Below, one piece after another: positions 50,117 to 63,418 of a DNA stretch of 64,000 nt. Each line of letters begins with the position of its first letter. The first letter of the stretch is position 1. The DNA is from Malacoraja senta (Eukaryota), in contig CM075990.1 in NCBI GenBank assembly GCA_038087875.1, positions 3,846,001-3,910,000 on the forward strand, in the 5' to 3' direction. Under the pieces are notes generated by a model. That model was not told the origin of the DNA, ran no database searches, and saw only the letters and a list, made by a program, of their open reading frames with translations. Made by a program: the position numbers and the translations under genes.

Positions 50117-53100
50117 CACAGAGGTCAGGATCCAACCCAGGTCTTGGGTGCTGTGAGGCAGCAGCTTTACTGCTGCATCACTGTGCCGCTCAAAGTGATT
50201 GCTGAAGTTAGTGCGATTTAATAAAAGTAAATGTTTTTATCGCATCGGCCCTTGTTACAAACTCTGTTCTCGCATCAATGGCGGTAACTTCTCCCTGACC
50301 ATTGTATTAGACTGTAACCTGCACACTGCAATTCCTGATTTGAGCCATCCACAGCAGTCTTGAGCTACTATCTACCTCATCGGGGACCCTCGGACTATCT
50401 TGGATCCGACTTTACCTTGCACTAAAAGTTATTTCCTTATCATGTATCAGTACACTGCGAATGGCTCGATTGGAATTATGTACTGTCTTTCTGCTGGCTG
50501 GTTAGCACGCAACAAAAGCTTTTAGCTGTACCTCGGTGCACGGGACAATAAACAAACTGAACTATACATAAGAGGAATAACATTTAGTGCAAGATAAAGT
50601 ACAGTAAAGTCCGATTAACGATAGTCCGAGGGTCTCCATTGAGGTAGATAGTAGCTCAGGACCACAGTTGTTGATAGGATTGGTTAGTAATGAACCCAAG
50701 CTCTCGATATGTATCAGAAATGGGCTGTTCTGCCAATCAGTCATCCAGCTGCAACATAGGCTCCGCTTTTCCCTCTCCACTTACATGATCTGAAGTGCTT
50801 GTCTCACTCTGCATGTTAACAGCTTTTGCAGCTGTCCTTATCTCACTGTTTTTACGTTTGGTTTACATTATCTCACTCTAACTGCCTCGTTAATCTATCA
50901 ACTAGTTTACTACTTCAACAGCTTTTCATCATGGCAATCCTGATCGTTTCTACCCTTTCTCCAATCTATCATTTTCCTATCCTTGCAATTTAAAACACTC
51001 ATATTCTCCCTTTTCCAATTTTGACCATATCTTCCATCGGGACCGCAACTCTGCTTCTGCTGAATGTTTCCAGCGTTTTTATTTTGCTTTCATACAAGTC
51101 TAGTAAATGTCTGAACTATTAAATTAAAATACTGTACATTGTTTTCCAGATATGATTACATCATTACCCTGTAATGGAATTGTATCCTTCCTGTTTTTAT
51201 ATTCAATTTCCGACACAGATTATAGTATTGTTTGCTTTCCTAATTACTTAATGTGCCGTGCAAATCCTGTACTTGGACACACGGATCTTTTTACATTCTC
51301 TCACTGTTTTGATAATATGCTGCCATATCTTTGCTCACTTTAGCAAATTTAGCAAGCATATTTTCAGTCTGTGCATTCATCTATTTGCCTAAATTGGAAA
51401 TAAAAATTGAGGCCTTGGCACTGAACCATTGCCAAAGATGCACTTTTGCATATTGTTCCCCATTAGTCAGCCATTCCTACCATGCCATTGCGTCCTCTGC
51501 CATGAGCTGTTATTTTCTGCAACGATGTTCTAATATGTTCTTATCAGACTCTGGCAATCTGTATAGCACATCCACGTTGTCTACCTAAGATAGGCACAAA
51601 AAGCTGGAGTAACTCAGCGGGTCAGGCAGCATCTCAGCAGAAAAGGAATAGTTGACATTTCGGGTCGAGGCCCTTCTTCAGACTGAGAGTCAGGGGAAAG
51701 GCAAACGAGAGATATATGTGGTGATGTAGAGATATAGAACAAATGAATGAAAGATGCAAAAACGTCACTTATTCCTTTTCTCCAGAGATGCTGCCTGACC
51801 TGCTGAGTTACTCCAGCATTTTGTGTCTATCTTCAGTGTAAACCAGCATCTGCAGTTCCTTCTTAGTACATCCGCCTGTTCATCTCTATCCTGATTTTTG
51901 CTATTTCTCCAAAGAACTCCAATAAATTAATCAAATGTTTTTTTGGAAAAGGAAATCATCTTGACTTTGTTCACTTACCTTGCTTTTCTTCTCCGAGCGC
52001 TGTTGTAACATCTTTAATAGTCGTGCCTCTTATCTCCATGTTTTGGATATTAAACTCATTAGCCTGGAGCTTTCTGTTTTCTTTCTCCTTTTTTGAATAC
52101 GCTTGCCTTATTTACTGTTTTGTTAAAAAAAAATTGAATGGCTAAATCTAGCGAATTATCTACAATCAAAGCGAACCCTCGATATGGATAAAAACCCACA
52201 ATGAAGTCCAACAGGAACTAGAAACTTAACAGCTCACAGTTTCAGCATTTTGCTTCTTCCACCTTTCTGGCGATTGTAATTCTCCCAAATTCTTCCCCTC
52301 TTCAACTTCCTGATTTAGTGCTAATTTGGGGATATATTACTTATCCTCCATGATAAAGACTGATTAACAGTGATAAAGACTGATTAACAAGCCTGTTAAA
52401 TTTATCAGCTATCTCCTTGTTTACCATTATTACCAGACCTCCTTTCCAAAACACCAGCTCATTCTCTCGTCTTGAATTATCATGAGGATACTCTTATTAT
52501 TTTTGTACATCAGGCTATCTTAACCTTGTACTCTAATTTGTTTTTCTTTTTTAATCTTTTAGTCATTCTTTGAGATTTTATATTTTGTCCAGCCTTCTGA
52601 CCTGACATCTGTCTTTGCTTAGTTTTATGCTTTTACATTGAGTTGATAAAAATACATCTATTGATGCTCCTGAACACACCATCAGTGTTGTAACCTGGGG
52701 TCATTGGGTGTTTCGCATCTTTCAACATCAGACACCCTCACCCAGGCAACCCAGCCGTGGTTGATCACACCATGACTTGTGTTCAGGTGGCATTCGCTCC
52801 CCCCCATGGACCTTCTCTCCAGATCCAGAGCCATCTCGAAGTTTAATACAATTTAAACTTTTCTAGATAACCACAGTGGGTCCTGCCCTTGGAATCTTTC
52901 ATTCTTATTGTGCAATGTCTTTTTATGTATCCTGAAAGATCCCCTCAAATGTCTTGCACTGGACTGACCAATCCCACAACCTAGTTTACCTGTCTGAAGA
53001 AGGCCCCCAACCCAAAATGACACCTGTTCATTCCTTCCCAAGATGCTGCCTGACCCGTTGAGTCACTGCATCATGTTGTGTTTTACTCAAGATTCCCGCT

Positions 53101-53994
53101 TCTGCAGTTCCTTGTGTCTCCACCCAATTTGCCGGTTCATTTTAGATAGCTCTGTATATAAGCCTTTATAATTGTACAAGTCTTGGAATTTTTCTTTTCT
53201 CACTCAAGCCAAATTCAATACAGAATAATGATTGCAGCTACCGTTTGAGTGCCTTTATGATGTCCCTTGCACAATGCCAGGTCTGGAACATGCTGTTCCA
53301 AGAAATTGTCCCCAAAACACTCTGAACTCATTGATTGGGCTATCTATCTGAATTCATCCGTTCTGTATGTGGATTAAAATCTCCCCCCCCCCCCCCATCC
53401 CTCCTCATTGCTGTGCCTTTCTGACAGGTTACCATTGTTTTCCCCACATGCTTTGCCCTGCAACATGGTTGCTGTTGTGTGGGCTACACTCTACAAGTGT
53501 CTTCTTGCCTTTATTTATTTATCAATAGTATAACTGTTTCCATGGCTGGCCTTCTTGCTTGACCCATTCCTATATATTAGGTTTGTACTCTCCTTTATGT
53601 TACATCCTTTCCTCCTGATAACATTATCATGAAAGTTTGTAAATTAGGCGTGTGTGGGTTAAGCCTAGTGGTGGGTCATTGCTGATGTTTTTGAACGGGT
53701 ATTTCTATGGACCCACTCATTTTGCTCCCTTTCAGTAATGATGGAATTAAGGTTAATTAAACAGTTACCTAGAATAATGATTGGAAGCACAGCACAAGTG
53801 ATATTAGTTGTGCACTGCAGTTATAGCAGCTAATAATTAATTACAAATCCACCAGAGATGGCAGCTTAAAATATTGATGTACATAATGGGGTCATATGTT
53901 TGGAAGGAGACTGTTTCCACTTGGTCTTTGACTGTATGTGATGATGTGTTCTATCCTCCTGATTCTCCTGAACCTGCTTTATCATCTTTTCCAG

Positions 53995-54097
53995 AATTAT
54001 GCCACCAAGTCACGCGTTGCCGTGCGCCGAACAAAAACAATGCGAGAAAAGATGACGGAAGCAATGTTCAGCCCTTCATTGGAGACTGCAGCCAAAT
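53995..54097 (+). CDS. GHITM: GHITM coding exon 2
   Basis: NYATKSRVAVRRTKTMREKMTEAMFSPSLETAAK; ttttccag acceptor, T|GTAAGC donor; 103 nt, phase 0 to 1. Confidence 0.93.
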
Positions 54098-54410
54098 GTA
54101 AGCTCCAGATTCACATCCTTCTTTCAAATATTTGTGTACTTGGAAGTGAAGCATTTAAACATTGCCTAACTCCTGGCCATTTCTCCCAAGTTATTCGCCC
54201 TCTCCCTTCCATGAGCTCTTGTTACTGTCCCATTGTTCTGAACCACAAGGAGAACGTATAAACTCTATAGAGACAGGCACCCATAGTCGGGATCGAATAT
54301 GGGTCTCTGGTGCTGTAGGCAGCAACTCTACTGCTGCCCACTGTGCTGCCCTAAAGTAAATAAATTAAAAATGTACTCTTGCGCTGGATTCAAAAACTAT
54401 GTTTCCCTCC

Positions 54411-54715
54411 AATTTAATTTTAATTTAATTCTTTATTTCAAACAGAATAAAAAGCAAGTGTGAAACCGCATACAAAAACAAAAAAACAAAACAAGAATAT
54501 TTGTAAAGTGTCATAAACAATATCTATAAATAAATGAAATCGTATGTGTCCGAAAAGGAGCAGGAAGAAGCCAAAGCTTATTAATTCCCACCCCTTATTC
54601 AACTGCTTATAATTATCTTATACAAATTTAGCAGCTATATGTACACCATATGTACACCAGCAACTATATGTACACCAAATTATTTACATTTATACACCAA
54701 TCAAATATTTACAGC
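54411..54715 (-). mobile_element. L2-group LINE 3' end (tentative)
   Basis: Minus strand ggggtgggaattaataagctttggcttcttcctgctcc stem-loop, gaaataaag and (aatta)n tail. Confidence 0.5.
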
Positions 54716-55189
54716 CATTAAATGTCTTTCCAGTCTTTGTACGTGTAGTCACCTTTATTAATTCTGTACTGCAGTGGCTATATCACCTCTGTACCTTAAG
54801 TTGTGAATTCAGTTCTGCGTAACCTTCCATCCGTCCTTATCACCATACATTTGAAAACTTGATTTCTGCAGCATGAGAAGTTAATTCTTTGTCTATCCTT
54901 CTCAATTCTTATAACGAAAAATGTAAATATCGAGAAAAGCTAGTCTCAGCATGGCATGGATTATATTCAGAATTAAGTTTTGGTTACCGCAGAAGCATTT
55001 TCAGTCAGGTAAGTCAATATTTTACTTGCCACTTGGTGACACTTCGAGTAGGTTTTCCTACTACTTATTATGGACTACTGTGCTAGATAGCAAAGTTAGC
55101 AGTCTAAATTGCCTTATCTGTATTTAATATGTGAAAGTCTATTAACTGTTCACAACTTGCTCTGATAAACGTGCATTGTTGCATTTCAG

Positions 55190-55301
55190 TTGAAAACACT
55201 GGGAGATTGTTCATAGCTGGAGGGGCAGCTCTTGGGCTTGGAGCCCTCTGTTACTATGGATTGGGAATGTCCAATGAGATTGGAGCCATTGAGAAAGCTG
55301 T
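55190..55301 (+). CDS. GHITM: GHITM coding exon 3
   Basis: (F)ENTGRLFIAGGAALGLGALCYYGLGMSNEIGAIEKA(V); tttcag acceptor, GT|GTGAGT donor; 112 nt, phase 1 to 2. Confidence 0.96.
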
Positions 55302-56723
55302 GTGAGTATATCGCTCTCGGCAAGTAGCTATGTGGAGTAACAGCACAATTATTCTGTCAAACATGTAGTATTGCTGAACTTTATCTCTGTGCTGAATGTT
55401 CAGCACCATTTATTCCGAGATTTGTGCTCTTCCCGAAAATGGTTCCCACCCTTCCTGACTTCAATGAATGCAAATTTATTATGCAGATATTCTTGTTGAG
55501 GTTTTGAGTATTTAATCACTAGATGGGCAGAGGAATCCATATCATAGTTGGGGCAACTCTTTGTGCTTGTTTTGGTCTGGCAGTAGCAGTCACTGAACGG
55601 TGATCAGTGGGAATCCTAGCATTTGGAGTGTGGGAGGAATCGTTGGAATGTGGGAAGAAACCGAAGATCTCAGAGAAATCTCATGCCGGAGGACGTACAA
55701 ACTCCGTAGTCAGGATCGAACCCGGGTCCCCGGCCCTCTAAGGCAGTAGCTCTACCGTGCCGCCCAAGATGGTGTAGATGATCAATTGTCATCCCAGCTG
55801 TGAGTTACATGCGGGTCAAACTTGGTACCTTGGCTCAAGTCTGGAATTAATTATCTGGAAAATTAATATAATCTATGGCTCTGTAATATATTCTTAGAAT
55901 GGGATAGATGGATGATAATAGTCTCCTCCAGTCTAGTTCATTACAATGAAACTGTTGTTAAAACTGGGTGGTTTTAAAGAGCAATAGGACATTGCACCAA
56001 ACCAGCGGGATAACTAGGCAGCACATTGGCGCAGCTGGTAGAGCCTCTGCCTCACAGCTCAAAGCCCAAGTTCAGTCCTGATCTCCATTGTTTACTCATT
56101 TTTTAAGAACTGGCATGGATGTGATGGACCAAATGGCTGCCTCTTGAAAAAGCAGCGATATCTCTAATTAAAGTTGCACTTACCTTTTGTGATTTATAAA
56201 AGACCATCTCTCAAAGGTATAAAAATTCAACTCGTTTCTCATGGTCTCTGTGGGCTGAAAAGCGCTGAGCACTTGTCTTCAAGACAACAAACAGTTTTTT
56301 TCAGTTTTTCCCAGTCTTGCTATCTTAGCTATTGAATCGGGTATCGGGAAGCATGCTGAAGGATGCAGGTTAATTAGTCTGAGAACGTGCAGTCATAATC
56401 TTGCTCCAGTACCTGCAAAAACCAACTGGAACCATTTTGCTGCAACATAGGATCTTTCCGTCTGAGAAACCTGTTGCACTGGATCAACATTGAGTTATCA
56501 ATGAGGCTGGTGAAACATGCAAACACAAAGTGCTGGAGTAACTCAGCGAGTCAGGCAGCATCCAAAGATGCTTTCTGACCCGCTGAGTTACTCCAGCATT
56601 TGTATTTTTTTTTTTGTTGCAAACCAGCATCTGCAGTTCCTCGTTTCTACTGGTGAAAACAAAATTTGCATTGAAAATCAAGGCTTGTTTAAAGGCTACT
56701 AACCCTGTTGATCTGTCCAACAG

Positions 56724-56865
56724 CATCTGGCCACAGTACGTAAAGGAGAGGATTCACTCCACATACATGTACTTTTCAGGAAGTGTGGGGCTAACCGCAC
56801 TCTCGGCCCTAGCAATCAGCAGGTCGCCAGCAATCATGAATCTGATGACGAGAAGTTCATTTCTG
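56724..56865 (+). CDS. GHITM: GHITM coding exon 4
   Basis: IWPQYVKERIHSTYMYFSGSVGLTALSALAISRSPAIMNLMTRSSFL; caacag acceptor, CTG|GTAAGT donor; 142 nt, phase 2 to 0. Confidence 0.96.
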
Positions 56866-57576
56866 GTAAGTTGCCGAGAATAGTCCTTGGCTTCTATTTG
56901 CTTATAATAAAGCCTCCATTATGTGGAGCCCTTTGAGTGGTTTGTTACCCTGAGAATTATTTTAAATCTTCCTCAAGGGATTGTCATATTCTATTTGTTT
57001 TCAATATTTTAACTTTGTTAATTCATCACCAACCTAAGTTAGTTTGAGGATGACTTAATGGATGGCAACTCGCAAGTTAAAATTGTGTAATAGCTTCTTG
57101 CCTATCTAAGTAAGGCTTCTTGCCTATTTAATATTTAACAATGTCTGAATAAGACAGAGGTTTGCAGTAGGAAGCCAGGTTAATGGTTCCCAGGTTTGGG
57201 TCTTTGGAAATTTTCCTCAAAGGCTGGTAAAGGACAATTTTTGAATATTTAAGGCTGTGGTTGATAAATTGCTGTTGAACAAGTAAGTGAAAGGTTACTG
57301 GGGGTAAACAAGAATGGAGAATTCAATTGCAGTCCAATATTTCATGATATTAAATGACATAGCAGGCTTCAGGGGTCAAGTAGTCTACTCCCACACAAGG
57401 TGCTGTGGCCTCCCACCAAACTTTGTCACTTCTGCTTTAAATACTTTTGGGGGGGGGAAATCTAACCTTTAGTTGTAAGTAGTTCTGAGAGATTCGTACT
57501 GACCATGGGGGAGGGGGGGGTGCGCAGTGGCCATAGGGCTTTGCAGTGTTGGAGACACGGGTTCGATCATTACTAT

Positions 57577-57716
57577 GGGTGGGAGATTGCAACCTTAATG
57601 TGGTCCACCCTGTTTCGACGAATGCAATCAATCTGGCATGCACAAACAGAAGATCAAACAGAACAAGTTGTCTTACGACTTTAGGCTGTGCACACCATAC
57701 TCAAGAAGAAGAAGAA
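57577..57716 (+). mobile_element. ~140-bp mini-retroelement (HDV-like head plus Vingi-like tail), copy B, with 12-bp TSD, inserted in a V-SINE
   Basis: TSD gatcattactat (57565-57576) / gatcattactgt (57717-57728); ends ccatactcaagaagaagaagaa. Confidence 0.8.
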
Positions 57717-57858
57717 GATCATTACTGTGGGTGCTGTCTGTATGGAGTTTTTATGTTCTCCGCATGGGGTTTTCACTGGGTGTTCCGGTTTCCTCCCACA
57801 CTCCAAAGACGTACAGGTTTGTAGGTTAATTGTCGTCTGTAAATTGTCCCTAGTCCAT

Positions 57859-60800
57859 TGATTATTTTAATTAATTGATTTTTTTTAGTGGATATAAAAT
57901 TAATTCCACATACAATTAATTCATCATACCACACCAGCATTATTTCTGATCATTTTCCGTTGACATTTCTATTAAAATTTGAGGGAATGCCAGGTAAAAA
58001 ATCTTATTGGAGATTTAATACACAAATTTTAAACGACACAAGGTTATAAATATTTAAAACAACAAATGAAACTTTTTTTCGCCTTATTTCGCCTTCTTTA
58101 TTATGGGAAACTTTCAAGGCATTTATTAGAGGAGTTATAATCTCATCAAATTTTCAAAATAAAAAGAATGACAGAACTGATGCTAGAACAAGAAATTAGA
58201 CAATTAGAGTTAGATAATGCCAAAGATCCTACTACAGATAAACATAATAAGATAATACTACTGAAATTTAAACTTAATCGAATTTTATCGGCAAGAGTAA
58301 TAAGATTATTCCAAATTACAAAACAGGAAAATTTCTAATTTGAGGACAAACCACATAAGCTCTTAGCTCGTCAATTGAAAAAACAAGAAAAGGAAAATAC
58401 TATCACTAAAATTAAATCAGAGAAAGGTGAATTACTAATATTACCTAAGGATATTAACAATAGATTTGCTCAATTTTATCAAAATTTATATACATCTAAA
58501 ACTAAAATAGAAGATAGTAAAATTATATATTTTTTAGATAACTAATCTTCCAAAACTTGATCTTTCGGAACAAGAGGAGTTCAGATTACACTTGAAGAAA
58601 TAGGTGAAACAATAAAATCGTTGAAAAATGGTAAGACGCCTGGACCAGATGGTTTTAGTAATGAATTTTATAAAAGATTTCATGAGATAACGACTCCATA
58701 CTTATTTAATTTATATACTCACGCTTTTAAAGAAAATAAACTACCAGAAACATTAGCAGAATCAAGTATTACGCTTATTCCAAAAAAAGATAAAGATTTA
58801 GATGAACCGGGCTCGTATAGAGCTATATCACTAGATCAGAAAATGTTAGCAAAGACTTTAGCAAGAAGATTGAGTAAATATATCAGTAAATTGATAAATC
58901 CTGATCAAACGGGGTTTATACCCAAAAGACACTCATTTAATAATTTGAGACGCCTGTTTAATATAATGTACTCACATAAAACGGAGGAAGAAGATATATC
59001 AATTGTTTCTCTGGATGCAGAGAAAGCATTTGATCAGGTAGAGTGGCAGTATTTATATAAAGTACTGCAAAAATTTAATATGGGAGAGAATTTTATTGCA
59101 TGGGTAAAATTATTATATGTTAAACCGATGGCAAGAATATTAACCAATAATATGTTATCTCCAAAATTTCAATTATCAAGGGGCAATAGGCAGGGATGTG
59201 CATTATCACCCCTGCTATTTGCCCTTATGATAGAGCCCCTGGCTGAAAGTATAAGAATTCATCCGAATATTCAGGGATATAATACTAGGGACTCAAATAA
59301 TAAAATTTCATTATATGCAGACGATATACTTTTATATATTACAAATTCACAAACGAGCATACCAAATTTATTAAATTTAATAGAGGAATTCGGGTCATTT
59401 TCTGGATATAGAATAAACTGGAATAAAAGTGAAATCATGATGTTAAAACCTCAAGAATCTACACACTTATTGAAATTCCCCTTTAAGATTGCAACAGAAA
59501 AATTTAAATATCTGGGTATTCAAATTACTAGAAAATATAAAGCATTATTTAATGCTAATTTTATGCCTTTATTAAATAAACTCAACACGTTGATTACATT
59601 CTGGAAAACACTTCCCTTATCATTAATAGGTAGAATAAACGCTATAAAAATGATCTTTCTACCACAATTATTATACCTATTTCAATCTATACCATTATAT
59701 ATACCAAAACATTTTTTTTTTAAACTAGACTCTAATATTACTAATTTTATTTGGGACTATAGATCACACAGAATTCAAAAAAACACTTATGTAAACCAAA
59801 AGATGTCGGGGGACTTTCACTTCCGAACTTGTTGTATTACTATTGGGCAGTGCATATTAAGAATATAATTTACTGGTTGGACAGTTCTACCCAACAGACA
59901 GAATGGATAAGAATGGAGAAAGAGGATTGTTCTCCTTGTAACATAGGAGCGATCCTCTTCTCCCTGATAAAACTGAACAACACAATATATAAGAATAACC
60001 CAATTATACATGATACAATAAGAATTTGGAAACAAATAAAATTATCTCTAAAATTAAGAAATCTATCATTGTTAATGCCAATAGTGAATAATCCTTCATT
60101 TAAACCATCTCTTATTGATAAAACATATAACCAATGGGAATTAAAAGGATCAGTGATATGTATGAAATGGGAAACCTGTTATCATTCCAACAATTACAAT
60201 TAAAATTTAAACTGAATAAAAGCCAATATTTTAAATATCTTCAGATTTGCGACTTCATGAAGAAATACATACAAAGATATCAAAACATAACTTTTGATCC
60301 ACTGGAAGAAGCAATGAATATTAAGGCTGACTCACAGAAATTAATATCATATTTATATAATAGTATTTTAAATATAGACCTACCATCGACAGAGGCACTT
60401 AGAGAAGAGTGGGAACGAGAATTAATGATAAAAATCACAAAGGAAACATGGGAAAAGTATTTGATATATATACACAAATGTTCGATTAATGTAAGACATA
60501 ATTTAATTCAATTTAAAATTTTACATAGATTATATTATTCAAAAACTAGATTGAATAAATTCTATCCAAATATATCCCCCATTTGTGATAAATGTCTATC
60601 CCAAAACGCAACTATAACACACTCTTTCGTTTCCTGCTTAAAACTTTATAAATTTTGGAGTGATATTTTTGAAATATTTACAAAATTATTCAAGATAAAA
60701 ATGGAACCTAATACTGAAATGATTATATTTGGAGTAATGGAAGACGGGAATAAACTGAACTCATCTCAACATTTATTTTTTAATTATGGTTTAATAATGG

Positions 60801-61296
60801 CAAAAAAACTAATACTTAAATTTTGGGAAAATACACCCATACCAACGCTTAAAATGTGGATTTCAAGCATGTTGGACACCGCACACCTTGAGGAAATGCG
60901 ATTCCTCCTAATAGATAAATCGGACCAATTCTTAACGAGTTGGTCTCCATTTGTCGGCTTTTTGGAATCATACGGTGCAACACAATTGTAGAAGCTAACT
61001 GTTCCAGGACTGGGTGGGGGATGGTCAAGATTATAAATAATGATCTCCATTTTTTTTTTAAACTTTCGACTCTGTTTCTTTCTATCTTCTTTTCTTCACT
61101 TTTTTTCTTTCACCCATTTTTCTTTTTCACACACTATATATCACACGTTTTTCTATCTTTTATTATCTATCTCTTTTTCTTCATTATAAGAAAAAAAATA
61201 AGAAGCTGTACATAAAATGTATTATGTCAATATATATTAGGCACTTTGGTGCCATATGATTGTACTTCTAATAAAATTAAAATATTTTTTTAAAAA
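57859..61296 (+). mobile_element. L1-clade LINE, 5'-truncated in endonuclease, frameshifted ORF2, in a GHITM intron
   Basis: ISDHFP, KTPGPDGF, QGCALSP, LYADDILL, CDKC..THSFVSC cysteine-rich C-terminus; stop at 60991; T-rich 3' UTR, AATAAA 61270-61275; ctagtccat repeated at 57850-57858 and 61300-61308. Confidence 0.93.
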
Positions 61297-61648
61297 GAGC
61301 TAGTCCATGGCTGATCGCTGGTCAGCATGGACTCGTTGGGCCGAAGGGTCTCGACCCGAAAAGTCACCTATTCCTTTTCTCCAGAGATGCCATCTGACTG
61401 GCTGAGTTACTCCAGCCTTTTGTGTCTATCTTTGAGCCGAAGGCCTGTTTCCATTCTGCATCTCTAAATAAAACTATTATAACTAACAAAAAATCTTTAA
61501 GAACTACACACGGTGAGAAACAGTAAATTTCCAGTTGAGGACATTTTGGTGTTAAAGACCTGTCCCCTTGGTTAATATGCATAGTTTTGCACATTTATGC
61601 AAGGCATCAACTCCCTGATACCCATGTCCTTTCTCTCATTGTTAACAG

Positions 61649-61757
61649 GCCATAGGAGCAACATTTGCAGTAATGATCGGAGCGGGTATGCTGGTGAGAT
61701 CTCTCCCATATGAGAAAGGACTGAATGCTAAGCACTTTGCCTGGATGTTACATGCAG
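61649..61757 (+). CDS. GHITM: GHITM coding exon 5 (gene continues beyond window)
   Basis: AIGATFAVMIGAGMLVRSLPYEKGLNAKHFAWMLHA(G); ttaacag acceptor, CAG|GTGAGG donor; 109 nt. Confidence 0.96.
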
Positions 61758-62310
61758 GTGAGGAATGTCTTGAGATTTATTTTCAAGTTAAATAACAAAT
61801 GGCATTAATTTTGGTCAGATGAAATTCATAAAACAATACGCTCGTGATACCCTGCCTACCAACCTAAGTGTTCACTTCTTCCACCACTGGTGCACGATAG
61901 CTAAACTGTGTACCAACTATAAAATGCACTGCAGTTATTTACCTATGCTACACTGACACCTCTACAAACTCTGCAAGCTCTACTACAAATAAGAGTAGCA
62001 GGCACATGGAAGTACCACCACTTGCAGATCTTCCAAGTCAAACTCGAGCTGATTATTGAAAATCAAAACTGCCAATGCGGGAAATCTAAAATGATAACAG
62101 AAAATGCTGGAAATTCTCAGCAGGTCAGGCCACATCTGTGGGAAGAGACATAGTCAACGTTTATGGTTGAAGATCCTTTCAACAGAACTTGGAAAGAGAC
62201 AAAAGTGCAGGTACCTAGTTTCCTTTAAAATGGCATCACAGGTAGATAAGGTAGTCGAGAAGGCTTTCAGTACATTGGTCTTCAGTAAAGGGATTGAATA
62301 TAGAAGACAG

Positions 62311-62565
62311 GCACAACATGCCAGAGTAACTCAGCGGGACAGGCAGCATCTCTGGATGGAAGGAATGGGTGACGTTCCGGGTTGAGATCCTTCTTCAGAC
62401 TGAAGAAGGGTCTCGACCCGAAATATCACTCGGTCTGAAGAAGCGTGTCGACCCGAAATGTCACCCACTCCTTCCCCAGAGATGGTGCTTATCCTGCTGA
62501 GTTACTCCAGCGTTTTGTGTCTTATCTTCAGTCTCAACCAGCATTTGTAGTTCCTTCCTACACAT
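62311..62565. mobile_element. Penelope-derived fold-back repeat with hammerhead-like motifs (related fold-backs at ~17520-17620, 23670-23860, 30745-30895, 48200-48390, 51590-51860, 56520-56640)
   Basis: Inverted arms gagtaactcagcgggacaggcagcatctctgg / ccagagatggtgcttatcctgctgagttactcc around ctgaagaagggtctcgacccgaaa. Confidence 0.8.
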
Positions 62566-63020
62566 ATTGAATATAGAAGTTTGGATGTGTAGGAAAGAAC
62601 TGCAGATGCCGGTTTAAATCGAAGGTGGACACAAAATGCTTGGGATGTGATGTTACAGCTGTACAAGATGTTGACGAGGTTGTATTTGGAGTACTGAGTT
62701 CAGTTTTGATCACTCTGTTATAGGAAGAATGGTGTTACGCCGGAAAGAATGCAGAGATGATTTATGAGGATGTACCAGACTGAGCTCTAAGGAAATATTC
62801 AGCAGGCTAGGACTTTATTCTTTGGAGCACAGGAGAATGTGGGCTCTTAGAGGTTCATACAATCATGAGAGGAATAGATAGGATAGGCACAGTCTTTTAC
62901 TCGGAGCAGGGTAATCAAGAACAAGGGAATCTAGGTTTGTGAGAGGGGAAAGATTTGATAGGAACCAGAGGTGGGTGTATGGAAAATGCTGCCGGAGGTG
63001 GTAATTGAGGTAGGTACCAT

Positions 63021-63418
63021 CAAAGATCCTATAGCGGAGCAAGATAGACCACTCCTGCTAAATGCAATGGGCTGACGTGTAGTACGCAACTGAGCGGAAC
63101 GTGGGCATTTTTTTCATCCATTTCGTAACCCGACCCCACTCGCAGTGTAATCAACGTTGCGGGGGAACAGTTTGTGTTAATAAATTAAAATTCTGAAAAT
63201 GAAGAGAAGATTTTTACCAACTAACTTTTATTTTTATGAGGATGTTTCCGTAACCGGCTTCTGTCTCCGCACTAGTATCTTTGCTCCGCTATGGGATCTT
63301 TGGTGCGGAGACGGAAGCCGGTTACGGAAATGGGGCCTAAAATTACCCATGAATCCGCCCATGACCGTACTACGTATTTTTCGTCGAGTGGTCTGTCTTG
63401 CTTGCTGTAGGACCTTTG
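63021..63418. mobile_element. P- or hAT-like MITE
   Basis: TIR caaagatcctatagcggagcaagatagaccactc / gagtggtctgtcttgcttgctgtaggacctttg; perfect 8-bp TSD ggtaccat (63013-63020, 63419-63426). Confidence 0.82.

Noticed and set aside
52670..52830. Minus-strand CTGATG...GAAAC hairpin resembling a hammerhead
   Set aside because: Core reads CTGATGT rather than CUGANGA and there is no suitable stem III/NUH; it looks like an RTE-type LINE 3' stem-loop.
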